The notes under the pieces were generated by a model, which saw only the letters and a program-made list of their open reading frames with translations, did not search any database and was not told where the DNA came from. A stretch of 64,000 nucleotides of DNA from an uncultured Thermodesulfobacteriota bacterium (GTDB lineage Bacteria; Desulfobacterota; B13-G15), in NCBI GenBank assembly GCA_964543765.1, contig CAZIZI010000002.1, positions 78,017-142,016 on the forward strand, written 5' to 3'. Of this stretch, positions 50,982-60,428 are shown piece after piece (position 1 is the first letter of the stretch; each line of letters starts with the position of its first letter). A program made the position numbers and the translations under genes.

Positions 50982-51930
50982 GATAATTTACGCAGCAGGA
51001 TGTGTGCCTCTTGATTTAAATAACCTTTTTATAACTTCTCCTGATGCTGAAAAGCTGATTCTTGAGGCTGAGCGGGTTGGGTTTCCTCGGAGTACTTGTA
51101 GTTGGATCAAGGGGATTTGGGGTGCGATAAGGAAAAAGGGAATAAAGGAAGTAGTAGCAGTTACCCAGGGTGATTGCAGTAACACCCACGCTTTAATAGA
51201 AATACTTCAGTTTCAAGGCGTTAAGGTTTTACCCTTTGCTTATCCCTTCGATAGGTCACGGGATTTGCTTTATGCTCAAATGGAACGGATGAGGCTTTAT
51301 TTTCAAGTAAGTTGGGAGGATATAAAGAAAAAAAAGAAGGAATTAGACGAAATCCGAGCGCTCGCCCACGAAATAGATCGCCTTTGTTATGAAGAGGGCC
51401 TTGTGAGTGGCTATGAGGACCATTTGTATTTGGTCTCTACAAGCGACATGAAGGGTGATCCCGAAGGGTTTAAAAGGGAGCTAGAGGAATTTATCAAAAA
51501 AGCAAAAACCAGAAAGCCTTTTCGAGAGGAGCTACGGTTGGGATATGTGGGGGTTCCTCCTATATTTAGTGATCTGTATCAAAAGATCGAGTTGATGGGA
51601 GGAAGGGTTGTTTACAATGAAATACAAAGGCAATTTAGTATGCCTTTTGATACGGATGACATTGTGGAACAGTATCTTCTTTACACCTATCCCTACTCTT
51701 TCTTTTACCGTTTGGAGGACATAAAACGGGAGATAAAAAAAAGGGAGATCCACGGTCTTATCCACTACGTTCAAGCTTTTTGTTTTAGACAGATGCAGGA
51801 CATCATCTTGAGAAAGGAATTGAAAATCCCCATTCTGACCCTTGAGGGCGACAAACCCGGCCCCTTGGATGTGAGGACTGAGTTAAGGCTTGAGGCCTTC
51901 CTTGAATCCCTGAGGGACAGGCGATGGTAG
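50944..51930 (+). CDS. 2-hydroxyacyl-CoA dehydratase family protein (third, divergent subunit)
   Basis: IGLTTTVPIE, TCSWIKG, GDCSNT, QAFCFRQ, LEGD, RLEAF. Confidence 0.8.
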   Translation: MREIGLTTTVPIEIIYAAGCVPLDLNNLFITSPDAEKLILEAERVGFPRSTCSWIKGIWGAIRKKGIKEVVAVTQGDCSNTHALIEILQFQGVKVLPFAYPFDRSRDLLYAQMERMRLYFQVSWEDIKKKKKELDEIRALAHEIDRLCYEEGLVSGYEDHLYLVSTSDMKGDPEGFKRELEEFIKKAKTRKPFREELRLGYVGVPPIFSDLYQKIELMGGRVVYNEIQRQFSMPFDTDDIVEQYLLYTYPYSFFYRLEDIKREIKKREIHGLIHYVQAFCFRQMQDIILRKELKIPILTLEGDKPGPLDVRTELRLEAFLESLRDRRW

Positions 51931-52958
51931 TAATTGATGGGTCTTATGGAGAGGGAGGAGGTCAGATTTTACGTACAGCAACAGCCCTTTCGGTTCTTTT
52001 AGGTATTCCCTGTGAAATCGAAAACATAAGGAAAAACAGGCCAAATCCCGGATTAAGACCCCAACATGTGGCCGGTATTAAAGCTCTTTTGAAGTTGACC
52101 CAAGGAGAGGCAGAGGGAGTTGGGGAGGGCTCAGAAAGCCTAGTGCTTTTTCCAGGTAAGTTAAGAGGAGGGAGTTTCGAGATTGACGTGGGAACAGCCG
52201 GTTCCATAGGTCTAGTGTTACAGAGCATAATGATCGTCTCCATAGGCGTTCCTTCTCGGCTTAGGTTAAAAATCCGAGGAGGAACCGATGTGAAATGGGC
52301 ACCTTCCATTTTATACCTCAAAGAGGTGCTTCTACCCCTTTTGAGAAAAATGGGCTATCAAGGGGAGATAGAGCTTTTAAAAAGAGGGTATTATCCCCGA
52401 GGAGGGGGAGAGGTCCTTTTTGAGGTTCATCCTTCAGAACTTAATGGAATTGACCTTCAAAAAAGGGGGGAGATTTTGACAATCAAAGGTTTGTCTCATG
52501 CCTCAAGGGATCTTCGATCAAAAAGGGTCGCCGAAAGGCAAAGAGAAGCACTTCTTTCAGTTTTAAGGACCAAGGGCATGGAGGCACACATAAAGATAAA
52601 ATACGAAGATACCCCCTCAACGGGTTCGGGGATTGACCTTTTTGCCGTCTGTTCCAATTCGATCCTTGGGTCAAATGCACTTGGAGAAAAAGGAAAAAGG
52701 GCTGAAGAAGTGGGAAAAGAAGCGGCTTCCAAACTTCTTGAAGAACTTAATGGAGAAGCAGCCCTTGATCAACACGCTGCCGACCAGATCCTTCCTTACT
52801 TAGCCCTTGCCAAAGGCCCCTCAATCGTTTCCGTCTCAAAGAAAACCGGACACCTGGAGACAAACCTATGGGTCATCCAAAACTTTATAAAAAGAAAAAT
52901 CATAATCGAAGAAAGCTCCTCAGGATACTTGATAATTGTAGAAGATAAAGCCCCTTGA
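51924..52958 (+). CDS. rtcA: RNA 3'-terminal phosphate cyclase
   Basis: IDGSYGEGGGQILR, PGLRPQH, GGTDV, RGYYPRGGG, DQILP, GHLETN. Confidence 0.93.
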   Translation: MVVIDGSYGEGGGQILRTATALSVLLGIPCEIENIRKNRPNPGLRPQHVAGIKALLKLTQGEAEGVGEGSESLVLFPGKLRGGSFEIDVGTAGSIGLVLQSIMIVSIGVPSRLRLKIRGGTDVKWAPSILYLKEVLLPLLRKMGYQGEIELLKRGYYPRGGGEVLFEVHPSELNGIDLQKRGEILTIKGLSHASRDLRSKRVAERQREALLSVLRTKGMEAHIKIKYEDTPSTGSGIDLFAVCSNSILGSNALGEKGKRAEEVGKEAASKLLEELNGEAALDQHAADQILPYLALAKGPSIVSVSKKTGHLETNLWVIQNFIKRKIIIEESSSGYLIIVEDKAP

Positions 52959-52983
52959 CTTGTGTTGAAAGATTCCTTATACT
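52955..52983 (+). promoter_or_regulatory. sigma70 promoter of the FmdE/TonB-receptor operon
   Basis: TTGACT-N17-TATACT. Confidence 0.75.
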
Positions 52984-52994
52984 CAACCTAAAAG

Positions 52995-53088
52995 AAGGGC
53001 AAGAAGCCCTTTTGGTAAGGTAAGAAAAATATATAAAAAGTGAGGAAAGAAGCCATGAAGGCTTTAGGCTTTCATGGCTTTTTGTTTT
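52995..53088 (+). ncRNA. Putative cis-regulatory leader: two C-ANGAA-G hairpins, the second overlapping an intrinsic terminator
   Basis: AAGGGC-AAGAA-GCCCTT (52995-53011); AAGCC-ATGAA-GGCTT (53050-53064); lies between promoter and start codon. Confidence 0.55.
53050..53088 (+). terminator. Leader (attenuator) terminator
   Basis: AAGCCATGAAGGC-TTTAG-GCTTTCATGGCTT (13 bp, one G-U) followed by TTTGTTTT. Confidence 0.8.
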
Positions 53089-53117
53089 GAGGAATAAAAA
53101 TGTGAAGGAGGTGCTAT

Positions 53118-54134
53118 ATGAAAAAATCAAAGTCTATAGGTTTATGGGTGATTTTACTTCTAATTTTCCTTCTCTGTTTTTCCGTTAAAGCCCAACAGCT
53201 TTCTAATGAATTATCAAATTGCTTGAAAGAACTTAAAATCAAAAGAGGTGATCCAAGACTTTTTGTTCTTACAAATGCGGCTTACGTTAGAATTGGAGAG
53301 GTTGATTCGTGGGAGTTAATGTCAATTATTGAAAAGGAAACCGGAACTTCATATGGAAAGAAAAACTTATTGTTTTATCATTCAGAAGAAAAAGTTCCTC
53401 TTAATGTGGTATTTTTTATAAAAGATAAAGGAGAAGGATTAATCTTAAGTTATGATGGCAAAAATTTTAAGAAACAGCTATTCAATTTCAATGATAACGA
53501 ATCGCTCAAAGAGTTGGTCAAAACAAGAAAAGATGCATTTACTATCATAAGCATACTCGACGCATGGGCCAATGATGCGCCCCATGATCTTTTGAAATGT
53601 GCTGAATTTCACAATCATTTATGCCCAGGGTTATTATCGGGATATTTTATTGCAAAATTCATTCAAGAGTATTATCCGCTTCAAGAGGGTCAGAGATACA
53701 TTTATGTTTCTTGTCCTCCTTGGTGTAAAGATGATGCCATTCAAGTTCTATTGGATTTGACCCCGGGGAAAAGGAGGCTATATGTGAGGGATCTTTCTGA
53801 TGAGGAGAAAGGAGCTTTACAGGATTCTGGCGTGGTGGGTGTTTTTATCCTTTGGGATGAGAGTAAGAAGGAAGGGAAGGGGGTGATTCCTTCTTTTAAT
53901 TGGGATGTAGCCTATCAAAGGTGTGGTATAGACAGAAAAGCGCTTGCAGGTGAGGAGGCCGTTTTTGGGAGGATGAGGCTTAATAGGTGTCTTTTGAAAA
54001 AAGACTTTAAAAAGGAAGACTTAGTTAAGGTCCTCAAGGAAGTTGAAGTTAACGAGGCTCTTTTGAAAGAGCTTTTGCGAGGAGGTAATCCATATAAACT
54101 TTTAGATTTGTTAACTTCAAAAGGAGGTTTATAA
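53118..54134 (+). CDS. Exported FmdE-family metal-binding protein
   Basis: Signal peptide; FHNHLCPGLLSG and PWCKDDAIQ motifs. Confidence 0.78.
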   Translation: MKKSKSIGLWVILLLIFLLCFSVKAQQLSNELSNCLKELKIKRGDPRLFVLTNAAYVRIGEVDSWELMSIIEKETGTSYGKKNLLFYHSEEKVPLNVVFFIKDKGEGLILSYDGKNFKKQLFNFNDNESLKELVKTRKDAFTIISILDAWANDAPHDLLKCAEFHNHLCPGLLSGYFIAKFIQEYYPLQEGQRYIYVSCPPWCKDDAIQVLLDLTPGKRRLYVRDLSDEEKGALQDSGVVGVFILWDESKKEGKGVIPSFNWDVAYQRCGIDRKALAGEEAVFGRMRLNRCLLKKDFKKEDLVKVLKEVEVNEALLKELLRGGNPYKLLDLLTSKGGL

Positions 54135-54135
54135 A

Positions 54136-56208
54136 ATGAGAAAGGGTTTTATGTTTTTAAAGCTTTTAGTTTTGTGGTTTTTGATGAGTAGACTTCTAAT
54201 TATTCAAGCTGTGGGAGAGGAACTCAAGAATGAGGAAAAAGCAGTGGAATTGAAAGAGGTAGTAGTAACAGCCACTCGCACCGAAAAACCGATAGAAGAT
54301 GTTCCTGGTAGAGTTGAGATTTTAACGAGTGAAGATATCCAAAACTATGCAGTATCTGGTATGAAAGTGGATGAGATCTTAAATCTTCTTTCGGGAGTTA
54401 ATGTAATTAGGACACATGGTGTTATGACGCTTGTCCCTACAGTTACGTTAAGAGGTCTTTCAAACGAACAGGCAAGAACGCTTGTTTTATTAGACGGAGT
54501 ACCCCTCAACAAAGCAGATACCGGTAACGTTAACTTAAATAGGATTAACTTGAATGAAATTGATAGGATAGAAATATTTAAAGGTCCGGCTTCTTCTATT
54601 TACGGCAATAATGCAATGGGAGGAGTGATTAATATCATTACTAAAAAACCTGAGAAAAAATTTGAGGGTAAAATCTTAACCTCTTACGGTAGCTATAATA
54701 CTTACGCTTTAGATCTTTTTCTTTCCGGACGGTTAAAAGAAGGCGAATCAACTCCCTATTTTAGGTTATCCTCGCATTATCTTGATACTGACGGTTACGT
54801 ATCTTTGCCCAAAGAAAAGCGAACCCCCTTTACCGTTAAACGTTTTACTCAGGAAGGAATGTTGAATCTTTTATTGGGTTATGAGTTTAAAAAAGATAAC
54901 TTTATAGAGTTCAAAATGGAATATTTCGATAACAAGATAGGAGAAGGTGAGAAAATATATGCTAAAGACGGTGTTCATAGGGAATTTGATACATGGGCTT
55001 ATTCTCTTCGGTATGCCGGTAATTCAGGAGATAAAAAGTGGCAATTTAAAAGCTTTTGGAGCAATGAAAATTATAAACGTGTAAGTGAAAGATTAAGAGC
55101 TGGGAGATATACTAGGTTTGATGTGGATTCTGATAGAACTGATATGGGGATTGATGGAACGTTTTCATTTAATTTAGGGAAGAATCAATTAGTTACTTTA
55201 GGTATTGATGTAAGAGAAGGAAGAGTTGACGCATGGGACATTTATAAAACTTCCCCCGATAGAGCACATAACGAAGGGAAACTAAGAATTTACGGTATAT
55301 GGATTCAAGATGAAATTTTGCTAGAAAAAGGAAAAATTTCAGTTCTTGGGGGGATAAGATATGACTATGCTAAGTTTTTTGACGGTAGTTTTTATTCGAC
55401 AATTAGGCCATTTGACAAGTTAAGCGGTGAGGTTGAGGAAAATTCATGGGAAGCCATTTCTCCAAGGCTTTCAATTAGATATAAGTGGACGCCTCATTTT
55501 AGCACCTATGCTTCGTATGGAAGAGGATTCAGAGCCTCTATCCTCGATGACCTTTGTCGATCTGGAATCATGTGGGGGTTGTATAAGGTTGCAAATCCGA
55601 ATCTTAAACCCGAAAAAATTGACACCTTTGAATTAGGCTTTGACCTAATTGGGAAAGAAAACTTCAAAGTATCATCTTCTCTTTACTACTCCATAGGGAA
55701 GGATTTCCTTTACTATGTTCCAACGGGAGAACAGCTCGACGGGCGTCCTATTTACCGAAGAGAAAACATAGATAGGGTTATCTCCTATGGAGCAGAGTTT
55801 GATCTTCACTATGCATTACAGAAAGGGTTAATAGTATTTGTCAATTATACGTATAGTAAGGGTTATATAGATAAATTTGAACAAAAACCTGATATTGAAG
55901 GACAAACGTTAACAAGAAATCCAAAGCATATGTTAAATGGTGGACTTACTTGGCTTACCCCTTACATAAATATTAATTTGACAGCTAATTATAAGAGTAG
56001 TCAGTTAGTATACACGAATGAAATCTTACAAACAACAGCACGGTTAAAAGCTTATACAATAGCTAATCTTAAGATTTGGAAAGAATTTAAGAAAGGATTT
56101 CAAACTTCTTTTAGTGTTCAAAATATTTTTGACAAAAGATATACTGAAAGTAGAGAAGAAAAATCGCCTGGGCGTATCTTTATGATAGAAGCAAGTTATC
56201 GGTTTTAG
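54136..56208 (+). CDS. TonB-dependent receptor
   Basis: EVVVTATRT, LRGL..LVLLDGVP, RIEIFKGPASSIYG..AMGGVINIIT, NPNLKPE, C-terminal YRF. Confidence 0.93.
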   Translation: MRKGFMFLKLLVLWFLMSRLLIIQAVGEELKNEEKAVELKEVVVTATRTEKPIEDVPGRVEILTSEDIQNYAVSGMKVDEILNLLSGVNVIRTHGVMTLVPTVTLRGLSNEQARTLVLLDGVPLNKADTGNVNLNRINLNEIDRIEIFKGPASSIYGNNAMGGVINIITKKPEKKFEGKILTSYGSYNTYALDLFLSGRLKEGESTPYFRLSSHYLDTDGYVSLPKEKRTPFTVKRFTQEGMLNLLLGYEFKKDNFIEFKMEYFDNKIGEGEKIYAKDGVHREFDTWAYSLRYAGNSGDKKWQFKSFWSNENYKRVSERLRAGRYTRFDVDSDRTDMGIDGTFSFNLGKNQLVTLGIDVREGRVDAWDIYKTSPDRAHNEGKLRIYGIWIQDEILLEKGKISVLGGIRYDYAKFFDGSFYSTIRPFDKLSGEVEENSWEAISPRLSIRYKWTPHFSTYASYGRGFRASILDDLCRSGIMWGLYKVANPNLKPEKIDTFELGFDLIGKENFKVSSSLYYSIGKDFLYYVPTGEQLDGRPIYRRENIDRVISYGAEFDLHYALQKGLIVFVNYTYSKGYIDKFEQKPDIEGQTLTRNPKHMLNGGLTWLTPYININLTANYKSSQLVYTNEILQTTARLKAYTIANLKIWKEFKKGFQTSFSVQNIFDKRYTESREEKSPGRIFMIEASYRF

Positions 56209-56248
56209 TTGGATTTAAAAACATTTGTGAAGTATTTCAAGAAGAATA

Positions 56249-56353
56249 AGGTCACGAAGGCCTAAAAGATCAATCCACGTTCTTTTCGGTTGGAATTAAG
56301 ATCCACGAAGGGTCCGATCTCTCTTGAAGAGAGCCAAAAATTTCGGATGGAGG
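56249..56353 (+). ncRNA. Second putative leader with two C-ACGAA-G hairpins, the second competing with an SD-sequestering helix
   Basis: AGGTC-ACGAA-GGCCT (56249-56263); GATCC-ACGAA-GGGTC (56300-56314); TCCACGAAG can pair with TTTCGGATGGA (56341-56351) over GGAGG. Confidence 0.5.
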
Positions 56354-56354
56354 T

Positions 56355-56819
56355 GTGAAGATGCGGAAGGTCCTTTTATTCCTAAGAGCTTTGATCTTGG
56401 GAGGTCTGATGGGTTTACTTTTTATAATTCCCGTTATAAGAGAGGAACTTAAGAAATTCGAAGAGTTACCTGAGGTTGTGGTTGTTGGAGAGAAAATTAT
56501 TACTCCTACTAAAGAAACAGTAGAAACGGTTTATACAGGAATTGGAATCACCAAAAAGGGTATTGAATTATCTGGGGAAAAGGGGAGTAGCAATGTTTGG
56601 TCTATTTTAAATTTTTTACCTGGAATCTGTTTTGAGAGTCCTGACCCAACGGGTATTTCTTCTACCCAGCGGACGATTACCATAAGAGGGGTAAGTGGTT
56701 CCCTGGGGACTATGTCTGTTGAAGGAGTTCCTGTTTATTTAGCCTTAGGGATAAAGCCTGAAGTATCCGAAGGAGATAAAGCAGTTTATTTATACGACCA
56801 ATCAGGCTTTATAGGATAG
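56355..56819 (+). pseudogene. Truncated second TonB-dependent receptor (N-terminal plug only), fused to IS256 sequence
   Basis: LPEVVVVGEK, LNFLPG, TIRG..VEGVP plug motifs; after about 56730 reads into transposase-like VYLALGIKPE. Confidence 0.72.
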
Positions 56820-57011
56820 AGAAGGAAATAAAGAGGAGGGTGAAGGTGGTAGAGGTATTTCCAGATGAAGGGTCAGCTGAGAGGTTGTTGTATTTGATTT
56901 TGAGATGGATAGATGATAGATTAAACTCAAGGAAATTAAGGGGGGTTAATGGGGGCTAAAATAAGGATTACCATGCCCTTAAAAAGTTTTTACACAATAA
57001 AAGAGATACTA
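56730..57011 (+). mobile_element. IS256-family remnant (internally deleted transposase plus right end)
   Basis: PVYLALGIKP, then YPKEIKQFIYTTNQ..RIEKEIKRRVKVVEVFPDEGSAERLLYLIL; end-like TTACACAATAAAAGAGATACTA. Confidence 0.72.
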
Positions 57012-57156
57012 TGACTAACGAGATTAAAAATAGAAATTTCTCCATTGTTATTTAACACTTGCTTCAGTTTATTCCTAAATACCAAATTATACACTAAGCT
57101 TCACCTACAAGAAGCAAGTAAATAAAAAGAAAGAATATGTTGAAAAAATCCTTCCA

Positions 57157-58270
57157 TCACGCTTTATTGTTAAAGACTTCTTCATATACTTTCCAAGTTT
57201 CTTCAGCAGTTTTTCTCCAGCTAAATAATTTTGACCTCTCTAAGCCTTTTTTAGATAACTCCTTCCGTAAATCTTCGTCATTCAAAACCCTATACATTGC
57301 TTCAACCAATTCTTCAACATCATATGGATTTACAGTAATCCCCGCATTTCCAACTACTTCTGGTAAGGAAGATATATTAGAGGTTATAACTGGACATCCA
57401 CATGCCATAGCTTCAAGTGGAGGCAATCCGAACCCTTCATAAACAGAAGGATAAACAAACAAATCAGCTGTATTATAAAATTTAACCAAATCTTCTTTTG
57501 GTACATATCCAGTAAAAATAACTTCATTTTTAAGATTCAAAGCGTCAATTGTTTCAAAAATATCATCATATTTCCATCCTTTCTTTCCAACAATTACAAG
57601 TTTATGGTTTGTTCTTCTTCTTTTTGACTCATAAAAAGCTTTAATCAAAGTTGGAATATTCTTCCTCTTTTCCAATGTACCAACATATAAGACAAATGGA
57701 AAGTTTATGCCATATTTTTTTTAACAATTCTTCCTTTACCATTGGTTTTTAGCTTCTTCTATAGGTTTATAAATTTCTTCAGCAGCTAAATATATGACTT
57801 TTATTTTATTCTCAGGAATTTCTAAATATTTAATACAATCATTCTTTGTATTCTGTGAAACTGCAATAATCATATCTATTTTATCTTTTATTAGTTTCAA
57901 TGTTGAATTAAAAAGAAGAACCACTTTTTTGTATGGGTTTCTGGGTACAATAGAGGAGTTAAATCATGAATAGTTAAAATTTTTTAACTTCTTTATTAAA
58001 AAAGAAAGGTAAAAGCTGATTCCATAGATGAGAAGGAAAATGTAAGACATCTACGTCAAATCTTTTTATGATGTATGGAAGTCTAATAATGTCAACTATC
58101 TTCGTTAATATTCTAAAGATATTTGACGAAAATCCTGAATTATAGATCTTAGTGATAAGGTACAAATTGTGAGTTTTTCCTATGTTAATTAGATTTTCAA
58201 TAAGATTATATGCATAGTTATCTAGAGCTGTTCTTTTCGTATATAAGTAAGATATTATACCTACCCTCAT
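57157..58270 (-). pseudogene. GT4 glycosyltransferase, broken into several frames
   Basis: Pieces 58270-57974, ILTIHDLTPLLYPETH, 57924-57736, 57675-57157 (EGFGLPPLEAMACG); breaks in A-runs near 57980, 57925 and 57715-57750. Confidence 0.82.
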
Positions 58271-58295
58271 TTTAACATCCTTTAAACACCCTCAT

Positions 58296-59280
58296 TTTAG
58301 GCATGGAAATATAAACTTAATCCCGAGCTTTTCAATTTATTAATGTAGAAAAAAGCAAAAGGCAATAAAACAAGGTTTCTAATGTATTTCAATATCCTCA
58401 ACGCATAACCTTTTGAACTAACTTTACTTAATTCCTCCACCGCATAAGCCCTTGCCTTTCTTTCACTTCCCACAACCCAAGCTTTTAGTTTTATTTTTAA
58501 GCTATCTAAACTTCCAAATAGCTTTTTCTCTATGTATAGGCTCTTTAAAGGGATAATCTACCTTGTAGACTTCAACCTGAGAAAATCCGCTTAACCGCAA
58601 AGTCTTTTCCAAGGAACTTTTGGAAAATCTTAAAAAGTGATGGGGTGGGAAATCTATATCTGAAAATTTCTGGAAAAATTCTACAACAAATATACCCTCC
58701 CTATTCGGCACACTCCCCGCAATATAGCCACTATCCTTTAAAAGCTCCTTTACCATTCTTAAAAACTCCCTTGGCTTGTCCTGATGTTCAAGCACTTCAA
58801 AAAAGGTGATAACATCAAACTTTAAATTGTTTTTCTTTACGTAATCGTAAAACTCTTCCAAGCTCATAGCAAAGATAGTATCAACGCCCAATCTCTTTTT
58901 AGCAACTTCTACCGACTTTGTGTCAAAATCTATGGCCCAAATTTCAAAGCCGGATTCTTTGGCATGTATAAGAAATCTACCATCTCCACAGCCTACATCA
59001 AGAAGACGCCCTTTTACATTTTTGGGAAATTTCTCAAAAAGGCTTGGTGGTAGGTTCCTAATGTAGGGCTTCCATCTTCATGAAAAGCTATATAACCTTC
59101 AAATACTTCACTTTCATAAAACTCTGGGATAATCTTCAAAGGCTCCCACCAATGAACATCACAGTTTGGGCACTCGTAGCGTTTGTATTCCTGGTTGTTG
59201 TAAGGGCTAATGTAGGTTTCTTTGTAGTCCTCTTTTGCTACTTCTGTCATATATATGGGACAATGGGTATAGTTGATCAT
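58296..59280 (-). pseudogene. Class I SAM methyltransferase (surface-polysaccharide type), frameshifted
   Basis: N-terminal ECPNC piece, frameshift near 59020 into LLDVGCGDG, FEVLEH, PPHH; further break near 58540; 3' end approximate. Confidence 0.75.
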
Positions 59281-59327
59281 CTTATCCTCTTTTGAATATT
59301 ATAACCCAAACTTCCATGTAATATTCC

Positions 59328-59731
59328 TTAAGGCAGTATTCTTTTTATTCCTTCAAGCTTATCAAAATCTTCATCATAGCTATAAATCTCCATTATCCCT
59401 TCTTCCAGCATAAAAAGGTAGTTGAAAAGGTCTGCGAATGAGATATTTACTTTTGGATACATTTCTAAAGCTCTTTTAAAGATTGATTTATAGGGTATTT
59501 TCAGCCCTCTTAAATTAATTAAGGGTAATAGCAACTCTCTTATTTCTTCTCTTGAAAGCTTATAATACCTTTGAAGGGTAAAAACTAACTCAAAAATAAC
59601 TAAGGGACTTGTTATCATCTTCTCTTCACTTTTTTCTATCCTTTTTAATGGCTCTAAAACTCTGTAAGCTTTTTCTTCATCATCTTTTGTCAAGTAGCGA
59701 AGAAAAATATTTGTGTCTAAAACTTTCTCAT
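59328..59731 (-). pseudogene. VapC/PIN toxin with a frameshift at codon 4-5
   Basis: ATG AGA AAG TTT TAG; adding one T gives MRKFLDTNIFLRYL..VIFELVFTL..SFAD..YSYDEDFD. Confidence 0.8.
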
Positions 59732-59991
59732 TTTAGCTCTTTTATGACATCTTCCGCAATTTCTTTTTCAACAAAATCTCTTATTTTTTTAAAATCTTCT
59801 GTTTTTAAGGATTTTATTTTTCCAAAGTTTTCTTCAAGTTTAGACTTCAAAGGTATGATTTTTACTGCATCCCCCTCTATCATAAAGGCTACCCCTTCTC
59901 CTGGTTTGAGACAAAGAAACTCCCTTATCTTTTTAGGTATTGTAATCTGGGATTTTTGGGTAAGAATAGAACTTATCGTAAGACCGTGCAT
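59728..59991 (-). CDS. AbrB/MazE/SpoVT-family antitoxin
   Basis: KSQITIPKKIREFL.LKPGE; stop overlaps the vapC start (ATGA). Confidence 0.82.
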   Translation of the reverse strand: MHGLTISSILTQKSQITIPKKIREFLCLKPGEGVAFMIEGDAVKIIPLKSKLEENFGKIKSLKTEDFKKIRDFVEKEIAEDVIKELK

Positions 59992-60071
59992 TTTTCCTTA
60001 CCTCCCTTGTAGGCATTACTTAGGTAATATAAACCTTTTCAAACATTAAGCAAGGCTCCCACCAGTGGGTC

Positions 60072-60428
60072 TCAAACTTCCACATAATCTTCCTTTAGGA
60101 AAGTTTTCCACCAATCGTTAAACTGCTCGAGTGTTGCCAAGTGTATCTGAAAGGGAGAAGAGGGGTTAATTCTTTTCTTTATCTCAGTTCTTAGCCATCT
60201 GTTTTCTTCCCAGTTTTCCGAGAGCTTGCTAGAGATGATCAGAATATCTATATCGCTTGTTGGCGTCCAAGTTCTTTTGACAACAGAGCCAAAGATTATA
60301 ACTCTTGCATCTTCTCCCAGTAGCTCTCTGGCAATTTCTTTTATTCTTTTTCCCCACTCCAAGTAGGTTTCAAAGTATTCCTTTCTTTCTTCCCAGAGCT
60401 TTTTATATATCAAACTCAAATTTTTCAT
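60072..60428 (-). CDS. Minimal nucleotidyltransferase (MNT antitoxin)
   Basis: IFGSVV....SDIDILI; adjacent to a HEPN gene. Confidence 0.85.
   Translation of the reverse strand: MKNLSLIYKKLWEERKEYFETYLEWGKRIKEIARELLGEDARVIIFGSVVKRTWTPTSDIDILIISSKLSENWEENRWLRTEIKKRINPSSPFQIHLATLEQFNDWWKTFLKEDYVEV

Noticed and set aside
52984-53117. Cobalamin, Moco/Tuco, NiCo or c-di-GMP riboswitch before the TonB operon
   Set aside because: The leader is short and I could not find the conserved cores of these aptamers by eye; an Rfam search is still needed.
52995-56314. CsrA/RsmA sites or canonical ANTAR hairpins
   Set aside because: Loops are ANGAA pentaloops, not ANGGA (CsrA) or six-base AxxGxx (ANTAR); reported as a variant motif instead.
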